From positions 1 to 64,000 of the forward strand of contig CBFGIT010000008.1 of NCBI GenBank assembly GCA_965648905.1: a DNA stretch of 64,000 bases, in the 5' to 3' direction. The position numbers and the translations under genes are program-made. Origin of the DNA: a candidate division WOR-3 bacterium. GTDB lineage: Bacteria > Hydrothermota > Tepidihabitantia > Tepidihabitantales > Tepidihabitantaceae. Under the pieces are notes generated by a model. It saw only the letters and a list, made by a program, of their open reading frames with translations. It was not told where the DNA came from and ran no database searches. Shown here one piece after another: positions 19,455 to 28,590 of this stretch (positions within the stretch are counted from its first letter, which is position 1; every line of letters starts with the position of its first letter).

Positions 19455-22400
19455 TCAGCGGGAAAGTATGAGCTTGCCGAATGCCTTGAGTCCCGCTCCC
19501 TCAAGGCGATAGAAGTAGATTCCGGGCGACAGGCTGGCGCCTGAGCCGCTGCGGCCGTTCCAGTTGAACGCAACGCGTCCTTTGTCCGCGGTCTGGCCGG
19601 CCAAGTGGACCAGCCGACCGCTGCCATCAAAGATGCGTAGCTCAACCGTTCCGACCGCTCTCGGCGCGGCCGTTATCAGCGTCGTACCGGTGAACGGGTT
19701 AGGCCGGGCGCTGACCTCGCCTTCGGCAAGCAGGTTCGTCATCGGCCTTTCCTCCACGCCGGTACCGTAGTTGAACCCAACAACCTTGAAGATACGGTTG
19801 TTGCCGCCGGTGTTGTCCTGCATGATGGAAATCCAGTATGAGCCATCGCGCGGGTCATACTCGATACCACGGATGTTCCACGAGCTGTTCGAGAACCGGT
19901 ACCGGTTGCGAAGCGTGAAGTCGCCTCGGTTGACCTCCAGCATCCCGATTGACTCGATGGCCGTACCGCCGGCATCGAACCAGGTAAAGATGTTCAGCAG
20001 CGACGGCGGGTTGACCGGGCACCGGTCGTCCAGGGCCAGGCAGCGCGAACCGTAGTTGCCGGAGAGCGGATGGATGAACGTGTCGAGAATCGTGCCCAGC
20101 GTGTCGTAGACAAAGACCCGCTGCTGCGTCTGCCCGGCCAACCGGCGATCACTGACGTAGATCTTGTGCTCGGCGTCATGCTCCACGATGCCGCACGGAT
20201 AGTCGGCCTGCGGCACCGTGAATTGACGTACAACCGAACCGGTCGGCGTTATCTTGTAGACGACCTTGCGCGGGTTGGCAAGTATCCAGAAGGTGTTGTC
20301 GTAGGCGCAGTAGTCGAGGTCGGTGCAGGAGTCCTCAGGCAGTGTCACCGTGCCCTGAGCAGTCAGCAGGCTGTCCGACGAGTACTTGTAGATGGTCGGC
20401 GACATGAAGTACATCGCGTAGAGCAGGTTGTCGTTCGGGTTGTACGCCATGCCGTACAGGCCCCAGTCGGTCGGCATGTTCGAACAGACCCGCGGGCCCC
20501 AGATGATCGTTCCGGGCGGGCTGGGCGGTGTGCCGACCTGGAACGTGAACGTGTAGGTCCAGTCGTGCTGCCAGTTGTCCGAGTGCACTTTGAGCGTGCA
20601 GGTTACGTACGTTCCGGGCGGGAAGTTCGCCTGCGCGGTCGCACCGAACCGGTCCGCGTTGTTGTTCACGGTCCCGCCCGCCGGGATGTTGCCGTAGTTT
20701 GAGGTCGAATCGGTGATGACGAACAGGGCGTGGTTCGACTTGAGCTTCGCGGTCACGTTCTGCGCCTCGCCGTTGCCGGTGTTGCGCAGGGTGACGATGA
20801 ACGTCCCGCTCTCCCCAGGTTCAAACCGGCCGTTGCCGTTGCCACCCGGCGGCGAGTCACGAATAACATTGGAGACGTAGACGACTTCCGGCTGAGGTTG
20901 ACCGCCACCGCCGGCCATTATCGTCCGCTGGGCCGGCAGAATGGGCGTATGAGCGACACCCGGGCTTGAGTGCTGCGCGTGCCCCTCGGAAACGGTCAGC
21001 TTGACCTGCCCGGGCGTTGCCGCGCTCACGGCCAGCGTGGCTGCACCCGAAGAGTTGGTTCGCTCGGCAACGTAGAACTCAGCGCCCTTCCAGGCACAGA
21101 CCAGCGCACCTTCAACCGGCCTGCCCCCAACCGTGACCGTTACGTTCAGGTTGTAAGGCCCGGTCGGAATCGAGTCCGGCGCAGTAACGGTCGGGAACTC
21201 AGGCATACCGCCGGTCCAGACCGGCAGGGCCGGGTCACCGAGCACAACGTACATCCAGATGTTGTACGGATACGGACTGCCCGGCCAGTACTTGGCAACG
21301 TACGCGTCGACCCCGTACGCCTTGATGTCCGACAGGTTGTACGGCGTCGGGCCGTAGTTACGCACGCCCGGCACGGTTATCGTCCACGTGTCGGTCGTCG
21401 CCCGCACCAGAGTCGAGCAGATGCCGTGGTTCGGATAGGTGTAGCTCGCCTGAGTCGCACCGAAGTTCGCTACCGCGCCGCCTGGATACTTGCCCATCCA
21501 GCGCTCGGACAGACACTCAGGCTGGTAGATGTCACCACAGTTGCAGGCAATGTTGTACACTACCGGCGTCAGGTCACCGTTCGTCAACGCGTCGATGTGT
21601 GAGTTGTACCACGAACCTTCAGTGCCCCACTCCCACCATTCCATGTAGTCGCCGTGGCCCCGGTACGCAACAATGCCGACGCCGGAGTTGATGGCCGCGG
21701 TTACAGTCGCGTTGCCCGTGAACTGACCCATAATCGTGTCAATGTCCACGGTTGGGTAGTACGGCTTGGGCATCTGATAGATGCCCCGCACGCAGCCCGA
21801 GTACTTGCCCGGATACTGCTCAGAGTGCGCCGGCATCCGTATCTTGGTCAGCCAGTTGCTAGTGCTCGGCGGGTTCTTCTGGTACTTGAGCGTCTTCCTT
21901 ATCTGGTTGGCCAGGTCGCCGGCCGAGTCCGGCGAGAACCGGCCCAAAGCAACCTCAGGGTAGTTGTCCCCAGAAGGCCACGGCTCCAGGTCAGTGTACC
22001 AGAAGTCGCTCCGACCTACGCCAGAGTATGAGCCCATCGGTATCTCAGCATACTCGCCAACCAAGAGCACATAGTGCAGCGTCTTCGGGGTGTTCCGGTT
22101 GTACTCAGCCCGAATCGAGTCCTTGATCTCCTGAGCCGTGAAGCTCGACTTCACGATCATCCGCGTGTCATAACCTCGGGCCTTCACATACCCGAGCAAT
22201 GAGTCGGTGAGCCACGGGTTGGTCGAGTGGTTCTGATGACAAACCACCAGATACCGAACACCAGGACTGTACTCATCCTGCGGCAACACGCCCAGTCGGC
22301 TGAAGTTGTCCACATACTTCGCATACTGCGGGAACATCCAATCAGCCACGGTCGCAGGATAGGTGCCGCCCGAGTAATCAACACGCACCCGGATACGTTT

Positions 22401-22943
22401 GGTGACTTCGATTTCACCCCCGCCCGGGTTGACCTGAACCGGATATACCTGCAGGTTCGCCACAGCCAAGTCACGCCAGACCCCAGTCTCGACAACCGAG
22501 ACGTCGCGGCCCGGGTAGCTCACACTCTGACCGTAGAAGGCTCGGTCGAACACCGGCGGGCCCGGCTCCTGGCCGTCAAGCAGCGGCGGTTGGAGCGGGT
22601 AGACGTTCGCCACCTTGAGCGTCTTTGTCTCGCGGGAAAGCACGCGGGTGGTGACGCGTGCGCCTGAGGGAATCGCCAAGAGCACCGAAACCTTCGGTAC
22701 CTGAGGCTTGCCCTCTTCGAGAACCGCCATCACCTCGCCGGGCAGAGTCACGAGCGAGAACTCATTGCCCTCGGCCGTCATCGGCGTCACCTCAACGCCC
22801 GGCACGACGACCTCAAAGGTCGTGCCCCTCGTGCTCTGGTCCAGGATCGTGATGCGGGCGCTGCCTTCTGGTCCGCCCGTGCTCTGCCAGGCAGCAGAGG
22901 CAGTCGTGACGGCCAGCAGCGCGGCCAATACTATCCTCATCAT
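19455..22943 (-). CDS. C25 gingipain-like cysteine peptidase with propeptide and FlgD-Ig/T9SS C-terminal domain
   Basis: EEGKPQVP propeptide, YVLLVGE, YRGHG (His), IACNCG (Cys), LGDPAL; WNGRSGSG..LSPGIYFYRL. Confidence 0.9.
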   Translation of the reverse strand: MMRIVLAALLAVTTASAAWQSTGGPEGSARITILDQSTRGTTFEVVVPGVEVTPMTAEGNEFSLVTLPGEVMAVLEEGKPQVPKVSVLLAIPSGARVTTRVLSRETKTLKVANVYPLQPPLLDGQEPGPPVFDRAFYGQSVSYPGRDVSVVETGVWRDLAVANLQVYPVQVNPGGGEIEVTKRIRVRVDYSGGTYPATVADWMFPQYAKYVDNFSRLGVLPQDEYSPGVRYLVVCHQNHSTNPWLTDSLLGYVKARGYDTRMIVKSSFTAQEIKDSIRAEYNRNTPKTLHYVLLVGEYAEIPMGSYSGVGRSDFWYTDLEPWPSGDNYPEVALGRFSPDSAGDLANQIRKTLKYQKNPPSTSNWLTKIRMPAHSEQYPGKYSGCVRGIYQMPKPYYPTVDIDTIMGQFTGNATVTAAINSGVGIVAYRGHGDYMEWWEWGTEGSWYNSHIDALTNGDLTPVVYNIACNCGDIYQPECLSERWMGKYPGGAVANFGATQASYTYPNHGICSTLVRATTDTWTITVPGVRNYGPTPYNLSDIKAYGVDAYVAKYWPGSPYPYNIWMYVVLGDPALPVWTGGMPEFPTVTAPDSIPTGPYNLNVTVTVGGRPVEGALVCAWKGAEFYVAERTNSSGAATLAVSAATPGQVKLTVSEGHAQHSSPGVAHTPILPAQRTIMAGGGGQPQPEVVYVSNVIRDSPPGGNGNGRFEPGESGTFIVTLRNTGNGEAQNVTAKLKSNHALFVITDSTSNYGNIPAGGTVNNNADRFGATAQANFPPGTYVTCTLKVHSDNWQHDWTYTFTFQVGTPPSPPGTIIWGPRVCSNMPTDWGLYGMAYNPNDNLLYAMYFMSPTIYKYSSDSLLTAQGTVTLPEDSCTDLDYCAYDNTFWILANPRKVVYKITPTGSVVRQFTVPQADYPCGIVEHDAEHKIYVSDRRLAGQTQQRVFVYDTLGTILDTFIHPLSGNYGSRCLALDDRCPVNPPSLLNIFTWFDAGGTAIESIGMLEVNRGDFTLRNRYRFSNSSWNIRGIEYDPRDGSYWISIMQDNTGGNNRIFKVVGFNYGTGVEERPMTNLLAEGEVSARPNPFTGTTLITAAPRAVGTVELRIFDGSGRLVHLAGQTADKGRVAFNWNGRSGSGASLSPGIYFYRLEGAGLKAFGKLILSR

Positions 22944-23126
22944 TCAGGACCTCCTGTCAGCAGACAGCTTCTCGGCTGCGCCTTTGAGGCAGCTTCAGTA
23001 CCCGGGCCTGCGCAGCCGGTCCGGTCCGGATACCTGCATCAGTTTCTGCCAGCCTGATTCAGTATAGTCTGCCGACCACGGATGTCAACTCACTCACGCC
23101 GGGACCAGAACCCAGGCCGGAACGTG

Positions 23127-24158
23127 CTATTCGTGCGCCTTGGTTGGTGCAGGCTCGAATCGATACGGGTACTCGAATGACCTGCGGTGACGTCGGTCCG
23201 AGCCGGCAAGCCTGAACTTCGACGCGCGGGCGTTCTCGACCGCAAGACTGTCGAGCAGCGGAATCCCGCTGGAACGGCGAACCACCGCGGCGATGACATT
23301 GCCCTTGTTGTCGGTCGTAATCTCAACCAACACAGTCCCGGTGTCGCCAACCCCGACCTGGGGCAGAGGCGGAGCGCTGAGACGCTCCGGCAACACGGTC
23401 TGCCCGGCCCCGCCTGCCCGCCGTCCTTCAAACCGGCGTTCGACCGGCCGCGGTCGCTCCTCCGACCGATGACGTGCCGAAACGCTGAAGCGCTCATCCT
23501 GGCCCTGGACACGCTCATTGGATTCGGACTCGACCTTGTCGGTCTGCGCCGGTGTTTCGACCGCAGCCTGAGGCACGGCGGCGTCTTCTGAGAGATGGTC
23601 CTCTTGCTTCTGCACGGTAGCCGCAGCTTCGACCTCAACCTTCTTCTTCGATGGTCCGCTGACTCGACCCGACTTGCCGACCAGCACAGGTTCGGCCTTC
23701 TGCTCAAGTGAGGGAGCGGTCTCCTCTGCCGATTCGAGCCCGCTCGTCGCGCTCGGCTGCACCCGTTCCGGACGACGAACCGGCTCGTGCCGAAGCAGAC
23801 CCGGGCCCATCGTTTGCCAGCCGACCAGCACAACGACCAGCACGACAACCAACGCGCCGGCCAGAGTGGCGACTCTGGGCCAGACAAACGAAGGCCGGTA
23901 GAACTGCTGACGCGGTCGCCTGTCCTGCTCGAGCCGACGCTGCACCCTCGCGCGGACCCAGTCCCAGTAGTCTTCGGCCAACTCAGGCGGCCCGACCTTG
24001 CGCGTCAGGCTGGTCAGATGCTCCAGTCTGACCAGCTCGCGCTGGCAGTCAGCACAGGTCTTGAGGTGCTCGCGGACACTCTCCTCGGTCACCTGGTTCA
24101 ACTCGCGGTCGTGCAGCGCCCCGAGCAGGGGGCGGAATGCCCGGCATTCTCGCTTCAT
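23127..24158 (-). CDS. zf-HC2 anti-sigma factor with TM helix and C-terminal TonB-like domain
   Basis: EHLKTCADC; hydrophobic VATLAGALVVVLVVVLVG; GTVLVEITTDNKGNV...SSGIPLLDSLAVENAR. Confidence 0.85.
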   Translation of the reverse strand: MKRECRAFRPLLGALHDRELNQVTEESVREHLKTCADCQRELVRLEHLTSLTRKVGPPELAEDYWDWVRARVQRRLEQDRRPRQQFYRPSFVWPRVATLAGALVVVLVVVLVGWQTMGPGLLRHEPVRRPERVQPSATSGLESAEETAPSLEQKAEPVLVGKSGRVSGPSKKKVEVEAAATVQKQEDHLSEDAAVPQAAVETPAQTDKVESESNERVQGQDERFSVSARHRSEERPRPVERRFEGRRAGGAGQTVLPERLSAPPLPQVGVGDTGTVLVEITTDNKGNVIAAVVRRSSGIPLLDSLAVENARASKFRLAGSDRRHRRSFEYPYRFEPAPTKAHE

Positions 24159-24787
24159 GTTCGCGGCATGTACTCCTTGAGCAGTTGTTTCAGCTTCTCG
24201 CGCGCCCGGTTAAGACGCGACATCACCGTGCCGACCGGTATCCCGAGCGTCTCGCTGATTTCACTATAGCTCATCTCCTGGTCGACCCGCAAGACGAACA
24301 CCACCCGCTGGTCCGCGGGCAGCCGGGTCAGAGCCCGGTTCAGGTCGCGCCGCAGACCAGAAGTATCCACGTCCGACTTCGGGTCTGCGATGTCGACCGC
24401 GTCAGCCTCGCCGTCACTCTGAGGCAGCGGAACCAGCCGGAAGCGTTTGTTCCGGTTCAAGTGGTTGATGCAGAGGTTCACGGCAATCTTCCTCAGCCAG
24501 GTGTAGAGCTGATACCGCTCATCGAACCGACTGATTGACCGGAATGCCCGGATGAACGTCTCCTGGGTCAGGTCGTCGGCGTCAGCATGGGAATGAACGA
24601 AGCCGTAGGTCACTTTGTAGATGCTCCTGACATATCGCCTCATCAGCTCGTCGAACGCGGCCGTATCCCCGGACTGGACCGACCGGATCAGCGCAAGGTC
24701 CGGGACCCGGTCGCGGGTTCCGTCATCAACATCTACCGTTGTAGTGGACGGACTATTCCGGAGGCTATCCGAAGCGGCGGCCTTCAA
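24155..24787 (-). CDS. ECF sigma-70 factor (start uncertain)
   Basis: AFDELMRRY, DADDLTQETF, YTWLRKIAVN, SYSEISETLGIPVGTVMSRLNRAR. Confidence 0.92.
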   Translation of the reverse strand: MKAAASDSLRNSPSTTTVDVDDGTRDRVPDLALIRSVQSGDTAAFDELMRRYVRSIYKVTYGFVHSHADADDLTQETFIRAFRSISRFDERYQLYTWLRKIAVNLCINHLNRNKRFRLVPLPQSDGEADAVDIADPKSDVDTSGLRRDLNRALTRLPADQRVVFVLRVDQEMSYSEISETLGIPVGTVMSRLNRAREKLKQLLKEYMPRT

Positions 24788-26075
24788 ACTTGCCGCCTTT
24801 CACCAGGCCTTCATAGTGGCGCATGACCAGGTGGGCCTCAATCTGCTGGAGCGTATCAAGCGCCACGCCGACAATAATCATCAACGTGGTCCCGCCGAAG
24901 TAGAAGGGTACGCGGAACGCGCTCATCAGATACCAGGGCAGCAGAGCCATGATGACCAGAAAGACCGCACCCGGCAGGGTAATCAGCGAAAGTGCCCGGT
25001 CGATGTAGGCAGCGGTCTTCTCGCCCGGCCTGATACCGGGAATGAACCCGCCGTAGCGCTGCATGTTGTCGGCAAGGTCGCGCGGGTTGAACACAACCGA
25101 CGTATAGAAGTAGGTGAAGAAGACGATCAGGGCCGCATAGAGCAGATTGTACAGCCACCCGCCGGGATTGAGCATGCTCTGCAGAGATTGAGTCCACGGC
25201 GCCTTGACAAAGGTGGCGAACGTCGAGGGGAAGACAACGAGACTCTGGGCAAAGATAATCGGTATCACGCCCGCGGTCCAGATGCGGAGCGGAATGTGTG
25301 TTGACTGACCGCCGTACATCCTCCGGCCGACGATGCGCTTCGGATACTGGACCGGTATCTTGCGCACCGCCATGGTCAGTTCCACTACTCCGGCGTAGAC
25401 CGCAAAAATGACCACGGCAATCATCACCAGCGCCAGCCAGGAGATCTCTCCGGCCCGGACCATGTTGAAAGTTCGTCCGATGTCCTGGGGAGTGTTGTCG
25501 AGACACCCCACGAAGATTAGAAAGGAGATGCCGTTGCCGATACCCCGGTCGGTAATCTGCTCACCCAGCCACATGGCGAGAATCGTTCCCGCGGTCAGGG
25601 TAATGATGGTCATCAGCCGGAAGAAAAACCCGGGGGTTACGACAATCGAGCCGAACTGGCCGACCGGCTGATTCTCAAGGTAAATCGCGATGGTCGACGC
25701 CTGAATTACGGCCAGCGCCACGGTCGCATAGCGGGTGTACTGATTGACCTTCTTGCGGCCTTCTTCGTCCTTCTGCAGTTTTTCCAGATAGGGAAAAACC
25801 GACCCGAGAAGCTGGAACACAATCGATGCCGAGATGTAGGGCATGATGCCCAGTGCGAACACCGACGCACGGGACAGCGCACCGCCGACGAAGATGTCAT
25901 ACAGCCCGAACACCGTGCCGCGCAACTGGCCAAGCATGTAAGCCAGAGCCTGAGCATTGATACCCGGCACCGGAATGTGCCCGCCCAGACGGTAGGCAAC
26001 AACCATCGCCAGGGTGAAGATGATCTTCCGGCGCAGGTCCGGAATCTTGAATATGTTGGGAAGGCTGCCGGTCAA
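24765..26075 (-). CDS. secY: preprotein translocase SecY
   Basis: FALGIMPYISASI, GIGNGISFLIF, GGFIPGIRPG, FGGTTLMIIVGV. Confidence 0.98.
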   Translation of the reverse strand: MTGSLPNIFKIPDLRRKIIFTLAMVVAYRLGGHIPVPGINAQALAYMLGQLRGTVFGLYDIFVGGALSRASVFALGIMPYISASIVFQLLGSVFPYLEKLQKDEEGRKKVNQYTRYATVALAVIQASTIAIYLENQPVGQFGSIVVTPGFFFRLMTIITLTAGTILAMWLGEQITDRGIGNGISFLIFVGCLDNTPQDIGRTFNMVRAGEISWLALVMIAVVIFAVYAGVVELTMAVRKIPVQYPKRIVGRRMYGGQSTHIPLRIWTAGVIPIIFAQSLVVFPSTFATFVKAPWTQSLQSMLNPGGWLYNLLYAALIVFFTYFYTSVVFNPRDLADNMQRYGGFIPGIRPGEKTAAYIDRALSLITLPGAVFLVIMALLPWYLMSAFRVPFYFGGTTLMIIVGVALDTLQQIEAHLVMRHYEGLVKGGKFEGRRFG

Positions 26076-26509
26076 GACAGCACCTCGACCGTACCTCCAG
26101 CCTGTTCAATCTTCGCCCGGGCCGACTTGCTGAAAGCGTGTGCGGTGACCTTGACCGCCCGGCTGAGTTCACCCGAACCCAGCACCTTAATCCTGAGCCG
26201 GCCTTTGACCAGACCCTGAGCGCGCAGCGCGGCCGGGTCCACGGCGTCGATGGCGAGTTCGGCGAGGTCGCCGACATTCACGACCGCATACTCCTGCCGG
26301 GCCGGACTGACAAAGCCGCGCTTCGGAATCCGACGATAGAACGGCATCTGGCCACCTTCGAACCTGGCGTCATGACGTGGCGCCGAATGCTGACCAGCAC
26401 CCTTGTGCCCGCGGGTCGAAGTCTTGCCGTGACCTGAACCCGGCCCGCAGCCGCGGCGCTTGCGCCGGTGGGTCGAGCCCGGTGCCGGCTTGAGCGTCGT
26501 GAGTTTCAT
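26072..26509 (-). CDS. rplO: 50S ribosomal protein L15
   Basis: GSGHGKTSTRGHKG, FEGGQMP, PKRGF. Confidence 0.97.
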   Translation of the reverse strand: MKLTTLKPAPGSTHRRKRRGCGPGSGHGKTSTRGHKGAGQHSAPRHDARFEGGQMPFYRRIPKRGFVSPARQEYAVVNVGDLAELAIDAVDPAALRAQGLVKGRLRIKVLGSGELSRAVKVTAHAFSKSARAKIEQAGGTVEVLS

Positions 26510-26685
26510 GCTTCCTCGACTTTCACCAGATGCCTCACCTTAAAAATCATCCCTCTGATGACCGGTGTCGCCTTGTGGACCCGGGTCGCACCGACCCGGC
26601 GCAACCCGAGCGCACGGACGGTTCTCTTCAGCGGCTCCTTCTGGTCAATCAGGCTCTTAGCCAGCGTGACTCTCAGTTGATTCAT
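26506..26685 (-). CDS. rpmD: 50S ribosomal protein L30
   Basis: Manual translation MNQLRVTLAKSLIDQKEPLKRTVRALGLRRVG...IRGMIFKVRHLVKVEEA (59 aa, below ORF-track cut-off), between rpsE and rplO. Confidence 0.95.
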   Translation of the reverse strand: MNQLRVTLAKSLIDQKEPLKRTVRALGLRRVGATRVHKATPVIRGMIFKVRHLVKVEEA

Positions 26686-27217
26686 GATGGCTTGCCCTTT
26701 CTACGAAGTGACTGACCGGTTTGTTGCGAGCCGACGCGACCATGTCGATGGTCCGGACCTGAGCCAGTGCGGCAATCGTAGCCCGGGCCGTGTTGTAGGC
26801 GTTCCTTGAGCCAAGCGACTTGGAGAGCGCATCGCGCAGGCCGGCCGCTTCGAGCACTGCCCGGACCTGAGGACAGGCAATCAACCCGGTGCCTTGGGCC
26901 GCGGGTTTGACGATGACCCGGCTCGCTCCGAACTTGCCCCGGGTCTCATGGGGGATGGTGTACCCTTTGGTCGCCACCCGCACCATGTCCTTGCGCGCCC
27001 GGGCCGTGGCCTTGCGCACCGCAACCGCGACTTCGGTCGCCTTGCCGTGCCCCAGACCGACCATGCCCTTTCCATCACCGACCACAACGGACGCTGATAT
27101 CCGCATCCGTTTGCCGCCCTTCATCACCTTGGAGACCCGCTTGATGTTGATTACCCGTTCAACGAACTCGAGCTCGGGCTGAGCAGCGTTACTTGTCCTG
27201 CGAGTTCCGGCTAGAAT
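26657..27217 (-). CDS. rpsE: 30S ribosomal protein S5 (probable ATT start at 27217)
   Basis: EFVERVINIKRVSKVMKGGKR...VVGDGKG.VGLGHGKA.EV; conserved N-terminus lies upstream of the first canonical start (27127). Confidence 0.96.
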   Translation of the reverse strand: MLAGTRRTSNAAQPELEFVERVINIKRVSKVMKGGKRMRISASVVVGDGKGMVGLGHGKATEVAVAVRKATARARKDMVRVATKGYTIPHETRGKFGASRVIVKPAAQGTGLIACPQVRAVLEAAGLRDALSKSLGSRNAYNTARATIAALAQVRTIDMVASARNKPVSHFVERASHHESTESHAG

Positions 27218-27558
27218 TTCAGACCTCCTTCTCGTGCGCCTTCGGCCACAGCCTTGACCCGGCCGTGATAGCGGTAGCCACCCCGGTCGAAAACGACCTG
27301 AGCGATACCCAGTTCCCGGGCCCGCGCTGCTATCAGCCGGCCGACTTCCTTGGCTGCCTCAGTTCGCTTGAGCTTCTTGTCACGGACCTGACCAAGCAAC
27401 GATGTGACCGTTGAGAGCACTCGACCCCGGGAATCGTCAACCAGCACGGCGCTCACCTGCCGGTTGCTGCGGTTGACGCACAATCTCGGCCGCTCCTGAG
27501 TGCCGGCGATACGCCGACGCAAACTCAGGTGCCGCCGTCTTCGTCTGTCGCGAATCAT
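27211..27558 (-). CDS. rplR: 50S ribosomal protein L18
   Basis: RPRLCVNRSN, VVFDRGGYRYHGRVKAVAEGAREGGLKF. Confidence 0.97.
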   Translation of the reverse strand: MIRDRRRRRHLSLRRRIAGTQERPRLCVNRSNRQVSAVLVDDSRGRVLSTVTSLLGQVRDKKLKRTEAAKEVGRLIAARARELGIAQVVFDRGGYRYHGRVKAVAEGAREGGLKF

Positions 27559-27601
27559 GTCGAGTATACTATTGAAAAGGCCCCTGAAGTCAAGCCCTGT
27601 T

Positions 27602-28549
27602 TCAACCGAGCGCGTCGGACAGAATCCGGAAAATCATCTCGTCGTAGCTGATGCCCGCGGCCTCGGCCTGGGCCGGCAGGTCGGAAATGTCGGTCAGCCC
27701 GGGGATCGTGTTGACCTCAAGGAAGTATGGTTGCCGGTTCTGACTGATGACCAGGTCGAGTCGGGCAAATCCTTTGGCACCAACCAGTTGGAAAGCCTTG
27801 ATGGATAGCTCCTTGACTCGCTTTTCAACCTTAGGGTCCAGCCGGGCCGGAATCACGAACTCGGTCTCGCCTCGGGTATACTTGGCCTCGTAATCGTAGA
27901 ACTTCTGCCGCTTAGGCACCAGTTCAAGAATCGGCAGCGGCTCAGCGCCCAGAATCCCGACGGTCGCAATCATGCCCGGGACAAACTGCTCCAGCAGCAC
28001 GTCGCCGAACCCGCGCCGGACCTTGATGCACCTTTCGATCGCTCCCTTCCTGCCTTCGAGCAGTTCGATGCCGACGCTTGAACCTTCGCAGCGCGGTTTG
28101 GCAATCATCGGGTAGCCGAATTTCTTCTCTGCCTCGGCCAGTGATGCCTCGGCCGTGTCGCGCGGCCCGATGAACACGTAGTCCGGCGTGGGAATCCCGG
28201 CGAAGGAGAAGAGCATCTTGGTGACCAGCTTATCCATACAGATGGCTGAGGCGGTCGTGCCCGAGCCGGTGTAGGGCAGCCCGAGCAGGTCAAGGAACCC
28301 CTGAATCGTGCCGTCCTCACCCGGTCGGCCGTGCAGCGCTATGAACGCCAGGTCGATTTTCGCCTTCTTCACCTGGTCGGCGAACGCCCGGGTGACGTCA
28401 ATCGCCACCGCTTGGAATCCGAGTCGCTTGAGCGACTCGAGCACCCGCTGCCCGGAAAGCAGCGAGACTTCCCGCTCGCTCGACCAGCCGCCCAGGAGCA
28501 CGCCGATTCGGCGCTTCTTCAGTCGCCTGATGATGTCGCTTCTACTCAC
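27602..28549 (-). CDS. ddl: D-alanine--D-alanine ligase
   Basis: GGWSSEREVSLLSG, LHGRPGEDG, EGSSVG, FYDYEAKY, EVNTIPG. Confidence 0.96.
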   Translation of the reverse strand: MSRSDIIRRLKKRRIGVLLGGWSSEREVSLLSGQRVLESLKRLGFQAVAIDVTRAFADQVKKAKIDLAFIALHGRPGEDGTIQGFLDLLGLPYTGSGTTASAICMDKLVTKMLFSFAGIPTPDYVFIGPRDTAEASLAEAEKKFGYPMIAKPRCEGSSVGIELLEGRKGAIERCIKVRRGFGDVLLEQFVPGMIATVGILGAEPLPILELVPKRQKFYDYEAKYTRGETEFVIPARLDPKVEKRVKELSIKAFQLVGAKGFARLDLVISQNRQPYFLEVNTIPGLTDISDLPAQAEAAGISYDEMIFRILSDALG

Positions 28550-28590
28550 TGTTCACCTGCCTTAGAGTTATCAATTCACCTGGCTGCCGC

